This document shows positions 28,035 to 36,204 of a DNA stretch of 64,000 nucleotides, piece by piece. Each line of letters opens with the position of its first letter. Position 1 is the first letter of the stretch. This DNA is from Synechococcus sp. UW140. Its GTDB lineage: Bacteria > Cyanobacteriota > Cyanobacteriia > PCC-6307 > Cyanobiaceae. The notes beneath the pieces were generated by a model that was not told where the DNA came from, made no database searches, and was given only the letters and a program-made list of their open reading frames with translations. The stretch is from positions 26,346 to 90,345 of the forward strand of contig CALRNU020000009.1 in NCBI GenBank assembly GCA_943369595.1, written 5' to 3'. Made by a program: the position numbers and the translations under genes.

Positions 28035-29726
28035 ATGACCACCGCCCCTTTTGATCCCCGTGTCCTCAAGTCCAATGCTCCGGTACCCGGGGCCCCAGAC
28101 AATTGGAAGCGCTTTTTTAGTTTCAACACCGACGCCAAGGTGATTGGGATTCAGTACATCTCTGTTGCAATCTTTTTTCTCTTAGTTGGCGGCCTCTTGG
28201 CCATGATTATGCGGGGCGAGTTGATTACCCCGGAGAACGATCTGGTTGATCGCACTGTATACAATGGTCTTTACACCATGCACGGCACAATTATGCTGTT
28301 CATGTTTATTTTCCCAATCTTAAATGGCCTTAATAATCTATTAATTCCCACGATGATTGGGGCCCCAGACATGGCCTTTCCCAGGCTTAATGCGGTGGCC
28401 TTCTGGATGGTGCCAGTCTTTGGATTCATCCTAATGGCCAGCTTTATTCTGCCCGGCGGCCCTGCTAATTCCGGTTGGTGGTCCTACCCACCGGTTAGCA
28501 CCCAGAACCCCTTGGGGCATTTAATTAGTGGTGAAAGCATGTGGCTGTTGGCGGTTGCCCTTTCTGGGGTTTCTTCGATCATAGGTGCCCTTAATTTCGT
28601 TACCACTATCATTCGAATGCGGGCGCCGGGAATGACATTCTTTCGGATGCCAATATTTATTTGGACAGTTTGGGCCGCCCAAACCCTTCAGTTAATCGGC
28701 TTGCCTGCCCTCACCGGTGGGGCAATTATGTTGTTGTTTGATCTAGTTGTTGGTACAAGTTTTTTCCAGCCAGAGGGCGGCGGAGATCCCGTTCTTTACC
28801 AGCATTTTTTCTGGTTTTATTCCCACCCAGCTGTTTATGTGATAATTTTGCCAGTATTTGGAATATTTTCTGAGCTATTTAGCGCCCACTCTCGTAAGCC
28901 TTTGTTTGGTTATTTGTTCGTTGCATTGGCTTCATTCGCGATCGTATTTTTAGGTCTGATTGTTTGGGTTCACCATTTCTTCCCCAGTGGCGTTCCTGAA
29001 TGGATGAGGAATTTATTTATGGTTACCACCATGTTGATTTCTGTACCCACAGGGGTGAAAGTTTTCGCTTGGCTGGCAACCATATGGGGCGGGAAAATCC
29101 AGTTAAATACACCTATGCTTTTTTGCTTAGGCGGCCTGTTTAACTTTGTTTTTGCCGGTGTCACTGGCATAATGTTGGCTACGGTTCCCATAGATATCCA
29201 TGTAAATAACACCTATTTTGTGGTGGGTCATTTTCACTACGTAATTTATGGCGCCGCAGTGATGGGAATATTTGCCGCCATTTATCATTGGTTCTCCAAG
29301 TTTACCGGCAGAATGTACTATGAGGGCCTTGGTAAGCTGCATTTTGCCCTCACTTTTATTGGATCCAATCTTAATTTCTTTCCCATGCACCCCCTCGGTC
29401 TCATGGGGATGCCCCGTCGCGTCTCTTCCTATGACCCAGAATTTACCTTCTGGAATGTGGTTGCAAGCCTGGGCAGCTTTTTGCTTGGGGTATCGATTAT
29501 TCCCTTCCTACTCAATATGATTAGTTCCTGGGTGAGGGGTCCGAAGGCCCCTCAAAACCCTTGGCAGGCCATTGGCCTGGAGTGGCTTTTGCCATCACCG
29601 CCACCAGCTGAGAACTTTGAAGAAAATGTTCCCACCGTCATTAGTGGTCCCTATGGCTATGGCACCGGCAAGCCCCTGGTTGAAAATCAGGCGGCCTATG
29701 AAAATCAGCAATTCCAGGAGGTCTAA
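28035..29726 (+). CDS. ctaD: Haem-copper oxidase subunit I (A2-type)
   Basis: ATG at 28035. Canonical subunit I blocks (GAPDMAFPRLN, WFYSHPAVYVIILP, VGHFHYV). YSHPAV in place of GHPEV marks the A2 subtype. Confidence 0.95.
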   Translation: MTTAPFDPRVLKSNAPVPGAPDNWKRFFSFNTDAKVIGIQYISVAIFFLLVGGLLAMIMRGELITPENDLVDRTVYNGLYTMHGTIMLFMFIFPILNGLNNLLIPTMIGAPDMAFPRLNAVAFWMVPVFGFILMASFILPGGPANSGWWSYPPVSTQNPLGHLISGESMWLLAVALSGVSSIIGALNFVTTIIRMRAPGMTFFRMPIFIWTVWAAQTLQLIGLPALTGGAIMLLFDLVVGTSFFQPEGGGDPVLYQHFFWFYSHPAVYVIILPVFGIFSELFSAHSRKPLFGYLFVALASFAIVFLGLIVWVHHFFPSGVPEWMRNLFMVTTMLISVPTGVKVFAWLATIWGGKIQLNTPMLFCLGGLFNFVFAGVTGIMLATVPIDIHVNNTYFVVGHFHYVIYGAAVMGIFAAIYHWFSKFTGRMYYEGLGKLHFALTFIGSNLNFFPMHPLGLMGMPRRVSSYDPEFTFWNVVASLGSFLLGVSIIPFLLNMISSWVRGPKAPQNPWQAIGLEWLLPSPPPAENFEENVPTVISGPYGYGTGKPLVENQAAYENQQFQEV

Positions 29727-29729
29727 ACC

Positions 29730-30338
29730 ATGACCAGTGCGCTGCCCTCCCCAGACCATGGCCAAGGCTCTGCCGCTGCCCATGGCATGCATGCAAAACA
29801 TAATCTCACCGGCTTCATAATTTTTCTGTGCTCAGAAAGCGTCATCTTTCTGGCATTTTTCTCTGGCTACGCCATGCTCAAGCTTGGCGCCCTTGATTGG
29901 CTCCCTGCCGGAGTGGAGGGATTGGAATGGCAAACGCCACTAATAAACACTATTGTGCTGGTTTCCAGCTCTGGCACTATCTACCTGGCTGAGCGGGAAA
30001 TGGGTCGCCAAAATATTTGGGGATTTAGAGCTTGGTGGTTAGTTACTATGGCCTTGGGAGCTTATTTTCTCTGGGGCCAGGCTGTTGAGTGGAGCGGGCT
30101 CAAGTTTGGCTTCACCTCTGGCACTTTTGGTGGAACCTTTTATCTACTTACTGGTTTCCACGGCTTACATGTGCTCACTGGAGTTGTGTTGATGGCATTG
30201 ATGCTAGGTAAGTCATTTATTACTGATAATTACAAGGGAGGGGAGCAGGGGGTGCAGGCCACCTCTCTGTTTTGGCACTTTGTGGATGTGATTTGGATCA
30301 TCCTCTTTGTGCTTCTTTACGTATGGCAACGTTCCTGA
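29730..30338 (+). CDS. ctaE: Haem-copper oxidase subunit III
   Basis: 202 aa with GFHGLHVLTGV and LFWHFVDVIWI motifs. Starts 3 nt after ctaD. Confidence 0.9.
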   Translation: MTSALPSPDHGQGSAAAHGMHAKHNLTGFIIFLCSESVIFLAFFSGYAMLKLGALDWLPAGVEGLEWQTPLINTIVLVSSSGTIYLAEREMGRQNIWGFRAWWLVTMALGAYFLWGQAVEWSGLKFGFTSGTFGGTFYLLTGFHGLHVLTGVVLMALMLGKSFITDNYKGGEQGVQATSLFWHFVDVIWIILFVLLYVWQRS

Positions 30339-30347
30339 GCTGATCCC

Positions 30348-31862
30348 ATGATCATCGACGACAAGCATTATGACGTGATCATCATTGGCAGCGGTGCTGC
30401 CGGTGGCACCCTGGCAGGCAGCCTGGCGGGTAAGGGCCACAAGGTGCTTTTGCTTGATCGGGGTGGGCAAATGGCCCTGGCTGATCAAAATGTGGCCGAT
30501 GTGGATTTATTCCGCAAGGATCGATATCACCCCCCCGAGCGTTGGTTTGGTCCCGATGGTGATCCCTTCCCCCCCCAGTGCATCTATGGACTGGGGGGAA
30601 ATACCAAGATCTGGGGGGCGGTATTAGAGCGCCTGCGGGAAAAGGATTTTGGCGCTCTTCACCTACGGGAAGGGATCTCCCCCTCCTGGGAGCTTAACTA
30701 TGCCGATTATTCCCCCTATTACGACCGGGCGGAAGCGCTGTACCAGGTCCATGGCAAGGGCGGAGTTGATCCCACAGAGCCAAAGCGCAGCGAAGAATTT
30801 GCCCGGCCACCAAAACCGCTGGAGTCATTTCTTGAACCTTTGCGGGAAGCTCTGCAACGTAATGGCTGTAATCCCTATGACTTACCACTGAGCTGGTCAG
30901 ATTCAAAGGAAGATCCCAGTGGCGATGCCGAGATCTATGGGGTGGCTCCGGCCCTGCGTGATCCAGCTGTGCACCTGCGCACCCATGCAAAAGTTACCCG
31001 TTTGCATGTGAACCCAGCTGGCACCGAGATAAAGGCCGTAGAGGCAGACCTGCAGGGTCAAACCTGGTTATTTAGTGGTGATCTGGTAGTACTCGCTGCG
31101 GGCAGTGTAAATACGGCTGCAATCCTGCTGCGGTCTAGTAATGATAGTCATCCCAGGGGCCTGAGTAATGGCTCTGATCAGGTTGGTCGCAATCTGATGA
31201 AGTTGCAACTTACCTCAATTCTGCAGTTGGCTAGCGTGCCTAATTCTGGTCGCTACGCTCGCTCTTTTGGGGTCAATGACTTTTATTGGGGCGATAAAAA
31301 CGTGAGTTTTCCCCTGGGGCATATACAAAGCTGTGGGGGGGTATTGCAGGATGCTCTTTTCGCAGAATCACCACCAGTACTTTCTTTGGTGTCAAAATTA
31401 ATGCCTAACTTTGGCCTTGAGGAGCTAGCCTCCCGCTCGGTGGCTTGGTGGGCAATGACAGAGGTTTTGCCGGATCCCCATAATAAAATCTTTTTACAGG
31501 GCGATCAGATTAGAATAAATTACATTGCTAATAATCGGGAAGCCCATGATCGATTGGTATATCGCTGGATAGATACCCTTAAGGCCGTGGAGGCAGATCC
31601 CCTCACCCATGTGGTGCGAACAGCCCCCACCCACCCTCGGGGAGAAGCCCCCATAAGTGTTATGGGCTATGCCTGTGGCACCTGCAAAATGGGCAGCAAT
31701 CCGGCAACTTCTGTTGTGGATCTGAACGGAAGGAGCCATGAAATTCAGAATCTTTATGTGGCAGATGCCAGTGTTTTCCCCAGTTGTCCGAGTATCGGTC
31801 CAGGTCTCACTGTAATTGCCAATGCCCTGCGCATAAGCGACCACCTGGAGCAGATTCTCTAA
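30348..31862 (+). CDS. GMC-family FAD-dependent oxidoreductase (copy 1)
   Basis: N-terminal Rossmann motif DVIIIGSGAAGG. C-terminal GMC block CGTCKMG...VVDLNGRSHEIQNLYVADASVFPS. No signal peptide. Starts 9 nt after ctaE. Confidence 0.88.
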   Translation: MIIDDKHYDVIIIGSGAAGGTLAGSLAGKGHKVLLLDRGGQMALADQNVADVDLFRKDRYHPPERWFGPDGDPFPPQCIYGLGGNTKIWGAVLERLREKDFGALHLREGISPSWELNYADYSPYYDRAEALYQVHGKGGVDPTEPKRSEEFARPPKPLESFLEPLREALQRNGCNPYDLPLSWSDSKEDPSGDAEIYGVAPALRDPAVHLRTHAKVTRLHVNPAGTEIKAVEADLQGQTWLFSGDLVVLAAGSVNTAAILLRSSNDSHPRGLSNGSDQVGRNLMKLQLTSILQLASVPNSGRYARSFGVNDFYWGDKNVSFPLGHIQSCGGVLQDALFAESPPVLSLVSKLMPNFGLEELASRSVAWWAMTEVLPDPHNKIFLQGDQIRINYIANNREAHDRLVYRWIDTLKAVEADPLTHVVRTAPTHPRGEAPISVMGYACGTCKMGSNPATSVVDLNGRSHEIQNLYVADASVFPSCPSIGPGLTVIANALRISDHLEQIL

Positions 31863-31863
31863 A

Positions 31864-34542
31864 ATGTCAACACAGGAAGTCGCCACGATCCCTCCCAGCA
31901 CAGAGCATCGGCGGATGGCTGAACGGGACGCCAAGCTGAAGACTTGGGACCTCTGGGGTAGTTATCTCAGTGATCGCCAATGGGGCACTGTTCGGGAGGA
32001 TTACTCTGTCGATGGTGATGCTTGGGCCTCCTTCCCCCATGACCATGCTCGCTCACGAACCTATCGCTGGGGTGAAGATGGTCTGCTTGGTATTTGTGAC
32101 AATAAAGCTCGCCTTTGTTTCTCATTCTCCCTGTGGAATGGGGTTGATCCGATTCTCAAGGAACGCCCATTTGGCTTGGGCAATTCCGAAGGTAACCATG
32201 GGGAGGATATTAAAGATTATTTCTATCATGTAGCCAATACTCCAACCCATAGCTTTATGCGGGGCCTTTATAAGTATCCCCAGCAGGCTTTTCCTTATCA
32301 GCAATTGCTAGAGGAAAATGCCCATCGCAACCGTGACCAACCTGAATATGAGTTGGTTGAAACTGGGATTTTTAATGACGATCGCTATTTTGATGTTTTT
32401 GTTGAATATGCCAAGGCAGACACTGCTGATTTGTTGATCCGTTTCCGGATTGTTAATCGTAGCTCCCAATCTGCACCCCTAAGTCTTTTGCCAACCCTTT
32501 GGTTGCGCAACACTTGGGGCTGGGGTTATGAAGACTCCAAGCGGATTCCCTTTGGTCTTGAAGGTTCCGTTTTGAATACCGGAGATCAACCTGAGCTTGG
32601 AAATTATAGGTTGCAGTGTCGTGAACAAGGTGAATGGCTATTCACAGATAACGAGTCAAATACTGAGAGACTTTTTGGTCAGGCCAATAAGTATCAATTT
32701 CAGAAGGATGCCTTCCATCGATATTTAATTAACGGTGAAGAAGGGGCTGTAAACTCTGCTAAGAGTGGTACCAAGGCGGCCTTGCTTCTTCAGCGCACCT
32801 TGGCGCCAGCTGAGGAGTGGATTGTTGAACTGCGACTTAGTAATAATAATGTTGATGATCCCTTTGGTCCTGCTTTTGACGAGATATTCAATGCACGAGA
32901 GCAGGAATGTGAGGATTTTTACTTGGCAGTAGCCCCAGGGCTTTCCAAGGACGATGCGCTAATTTTTCGTTCCGCTGCCAGCGGTCTACTTTGGTGTAAA
33001 AAAGTATATAGCTGGAGTGTATTGCGTTGGCTAGAAGGAGATCCCACCCAGCCGGTGCCTCCAAAGCAGCGTTGGCTTAGTTCAAATGCTTACTGGAAGC
33101 GCTTGTTCGCTGAAAATGTTATATCAATGCCTGACAGTTGGGAGTATCCTTATTTCTGTCAATGGGATCTGATGTTTCATTCAGTGGCCTTTGCAACCAT
33201 TGATCCTGCCACAGCAAAGCAGCAGTCGATGTTGCTACGTAGCCCGCACTTTACTGCCCCCAATGCCCAGACTCCCGCCTATGAGTGGGCACTATCGGAT
33301 CCAAATCCACCGATTGGAGCCTGGGCGGCCATGCGTGTGTATCAAATAGAGCGCCGCCAAGAACAAAGGGGAGATATGCCTTTTTTGCGCTCAGCCATGC
33401 GCAAGCTTATTCTTGAATACGGTTGGTGGGCAAATCGAAATGATCGTTCTGGAGATAATATTTTTGAAGGAGGTTTCCTTGGCCTGGATAATATCGCAGT
33501 ATTTGACCGTCGTTTTCCCTTGGAAGATGGTAGTCGGATTGAGCAGTGCGATGGTACGGCTTGGATGGCGATGCTCAGCCTTAATCTACTTCAAATTGCT
33601 GTTGAATTAAGTCTCGAAGAGCCTGAATATGCTGACATTTGCGAACGCTTTGTTTATGACTTTGCGCAATTGGCTGTTACCCTAAATACCAATGTGTTGG
33701 GTTTTCGGTCTTTTGTTAATTGGGATGAACAGGATGGTTTTTACTACGATGTGCTCAAGCGACCTGACGGTTCCACTGATTATCTGCGTACCCGTTCCCT
33801 TGGTGGCTTAATACCTCTACTGGCAGTTGCAAGTTTTGATGTGGATACTGTAATGCGCTTGCCAATGCTTGATGCCAGCAAATCTTTATCCTGGTTTGTG
33901 CGTGAACGAACTAGCTCAGTGTGGATGCAGAAAAATCTTGGACGCTGGAATGGTGATCGCACCCTCTTTGCCTTAGTACCTGAAGATCGACTGCGCAGAA
34001 TCTGTACTTATTTATTTGATGAGGATGAGTTCCTCTCCCCCTATGGCATTCGATCTCTGTCTAAGGTTTACGACGAGCATCCATATAGCTTTACGGAGGG
34101 TAATCAATCCCAAACGCTTGCCTATAGCCCCGCTGATAGTCCAGTGGCAATGTTTGGCGGAAATTCCAATTGGCGAGGACCTGTTTGGATGCCAATCAAC
34201 TATCTATTGATTGAGGCCCTGCAAAAGTTTGGTCACTTTTATGGTGATACTGTAAAAGTTGAATTTCCCACCAGATCTGGCAATTGGATAACGCTTTGGG
34301 ATGCATCCTTAGAGCTCGAGAAGCGCTTGGTGTCAATTTTTCGAAGGGGGGAGGATGGTAAGCGCCCGTTTAATGGTGAAGTTGATTTGTTCCAAAATGA
34401 TGCACATTGGCGAGATTTATTGCTTTTTAACGAATATTTTCATGGGGACAATGGTTCGGGCGTTGGCGCCAGCCATCAGACAGGTTGGACGGCAATGGTT
34501 ATGAAAATGCTCCCACAGCTTCAGCGCTACGATCCCACGTAG
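31864..34542 (+). CDS. GH63-like (alpha/alpha)6-barrel glycoside hydrolase, ~890-aa putative glucosidase (copy 1)
   Basis: 892 aa. WGTVREDYS..GDAW..FPHDHARSRTYRWGEDGL, WEYPYFCQWDLMFH, GGFLGLDNI, NWRGPVWMPINYL. These blocks are as I remember them from bacterial MGH1/GH63-like 'glucosidase' proteins. Family assignment is from memory, not a search. Starts 1 nt after GMC copy 1. Confidence 0.7.
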   Translation: MSTQEVATIPPSTEHRRMAERDAKLKTWDLWGSYLSDRQWGTVREDYSVDGDAWASFPHDHARSRTYRWGEDGLLGICDNKARLCFSFSLWNGVDPILKERPFGLGNSEGNHGEDIKDYFYHVANTPTHSFMRGLYKYPQQAFPYQQLLEENAHRNRDQPEYELVETGIFNDDRYFDVFVEYAKADTADLLIRFRIVNRSSQSAPLSLLPTLWLRNTWGWGYEDSKRIPFGLEGSVLNTGDQPELGNYRLQCREQGEWLFTDNESNTERLFGQANKYQFQKDAFHRYLINGEEGAVNSAKSGTKAALLLQRTLAPAEEWIVELRLSNNNVDDPFGPAFDEIFNAREQECEDFYLAVAPGLSKDDALIFRSAASGLLWCKKVYSWSVLRWLEGDPTQPVPPKQRWLSSNAYWKRLFAENVISMPDSWEYPYFCQWDLMFHSVAFATIDPATAKQQSMLLRSPHFTAPNAQTPAYEWALSDPNPPIGAWAAMRVYQIERRQEQRGDMPFLRSAMRKLILEYGWWANRNDRSGDNIFEGGFLGLDNIAVFDRRFPLEDGSRIEQCDGTAWMAMLSLNLLQIAVELSLEEPEYADICERFVYDFAQLAVTLNTNVLGFRSFVNWDEQDGFYYDVLKRPDGSTDYLRTRSLGGLIPLLAVASFDVDTVMRLPMLDASKSLSWFVRERTSSVWMQKNLGRWNGDRTLFALVPEDRLRRICTYLFDEDEFLSPYGIRSLSKVYDEHPYSFTEGNQSQTLAYSPADSPVAMFGGNSNWRGPVWMPINYLLIEALQKFGHFYGDTVKVEFPTRSGNWITLWDASLELEKRLVSIFRRGEDGKRPFNGEVDLFQNDAHWRDLLLFNEYFHGDNGSGVGASHQTGWTAMVMKMLPQLQRYDPT

Positions 34543-34597
34543 CTCCTGATTCAGCGTCCATTCTTTTCATTCTGCATACACAAACTGAGGATCTTCC

Positions 34598-36148
34598 ATG
34601 GACAGCCATTACGAAGTTGTAATTATCGGCAGTGGTGCCGGTGGTGGATCTTTGGCCAGGGCCCTAGTGGAAGCCGGCCGCAAGGTACTTGTGCTGGAAA
34701 GGGGGGACTGGCTACCAAGGGAGCCTCAAAATTGGGATCCTGTGGAGGTATTTCAGAAAAATCGCTATGTTTCAGCTGATACCTGGAAGGATAAAGCTGG
34801 AAAGAGCTTCCAGCCTGGTAGTCATTATTTTGTGGGAGGTGCTTCCAAGCTGTATGGGGCGGCCCACTTTCGGCTTAGGGAACGGGATTTTGAACAGGTA
34901 GTTCATGTGGATGGCATCTCGCCCGAATGGCCCCTGCGGTACAGCGATTTTGAACCCTATTACGGCCGTGCCGAAGCTTGGTACCACGTTCACGGCCTGC
35001 GCGGAGAGGATCCTACGGAACCCCCTTCCAGTGGCCCCTATCCCCATCCTCCCATCGCCCACGAGCCGAGGATGCAACAACTTGTTGATGGATTGCGTGC
35101 CTCTGGGTTGCATCCTTTTCACGCCCCCACGGGTGTAAATCTGAATGAGGCAGATATGGCTTTCAGCGCCTGCGTGCGCTGTAACCGCTGTGACGGATTT
35201 CCCTGTTTAGTCCATGCCAAAGGCGATGCGGAGGTGATGGGGATTCGCCCGGCTTTGCTTCAGCCCACGATGACACTCCTTACCCGAGCCCATGTGCTCC
35301 GTTTGATTACCGATGATAGCGGCAGGGTGGTGAAGGAGGTGCTTGTGGAGCGTGATGGTGAACAGCTGCGTTTCAGTGGCGATGTGGTGGTGGTTAGTTG
35401 TGGGGCAGCCAATTCGGCCCGTTTGTTATTGATGTCTGCCAATGACAAGCATCCCAAGGGTTTGGCAAATAGCTCTGATCAGGTAGGCCGCAACTACATG
35501 TATCACAATTGCAAAGCAGTTGTCGCCCTTTCCCATGAGACAAATCCCACTGTCTTTCAGAAAACGGTGGCACTTAATGATTGGTATTTTGGTGATAATG
35601 ATTTTGATTTCCCAATCGGTAATATTCAAATGACGGGTAAGACCAATGGCGCGATGATGAAAGGATATAAACCCAAGCTCACTGCGCTGGCCCCCGGTTG
35701 GACCATGGATCGCCTGGCTGAGCGCTCCTTGGATTTCTGGTTGCAAACTGAAGATTTACCAAGGCCTGATAATCGTGTTTCTGTTGATTCAAAGGGTCAG
35801 ATTACTCTCAGTTATACATCCACTAACGATCGTGCTTCCAACGAGTTGATGGGGCGCTTGGAGCGAGTACTGGATAAATTGTATCAACAGGATCACATAG
35901 CAGAACGTCAAATCTACTTTGCTTCTGACATGGCAATTGCTGCCGTTGGCCATCAAGCAGGTACCTGTCGTTTTGGTACTGATCCCAAGAGTTCAGTCTT
36001 AGACGTGAACTGTAAAGCCCATGATCTTGATAACCTTTATGTTGTTGATACTAGTTTCTTCCCTAGTATTGGCGCTGTGAATCCCTCGCTAACGGCCGTG
36101 GCTAACTCCATTCGTGTGGCTGATCACCTGGTTGAAAGACTCTCTTAG
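34598..36148 (+). CDS. GMC-family FAD-dependent oxidoreductase (copy 2)
   Basis: EVVIIGSGAGGG and C-terminal AGTCRFG...VLDVNCKAHDLDNLYVVDTSFFPS. Collinear with copy 1 but strongly diverged. Confidence 0.88.
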   Translation: MDSHYEVVIIGSGAGGGSLARALVEAGRKVLVLERGDWLPREPQNWDPVEVFQKNRYVSADTWKDKAGKSFQPGSHYFVGGASKLYGAAHFRLRERDFEQVVHVDGISPEWPLRYSDFEPYYGRAEAWYHVHGLRGEDPTEPPSSGPYPHPPIAHEPRMQQLVDGLRASGLHPFHAPTGVNLNEADMAFSACVRCNRCDGFPCLVHAKGDAEVMGIRPALLQPTMTLLTRAHVLRLITDDSGRVVKEVLVERDGEQLRFSGDVVVVSCGAANSARLLLMSANDKHPKGLANSSDQVGRNYMYHNCKAVVALSHETNPTVFQKTVALNDWYFGDNDFDFPIGNIQMTGKTNGAMMKGYKPKLTALAPGWTMDRLAERSLDFWLQTEDLPRPDNRVSVDSKGQITLSYTSTNDRASNELMGRLERVLDKLYQQDHIAERQIYFASDMAIAAVGHQAGTCRFGTDPKSSVLDVNCKAHDLDNLYVVDTSFFPSIGAVNPSLTAVANSIRVADHLVERLS

Positions 36149-36204
36149 CTTTTGTAATTGTTTTATGAGTAGGTCAGTTTATTCCCTTTCTCTAATTTCC
36201 CCCA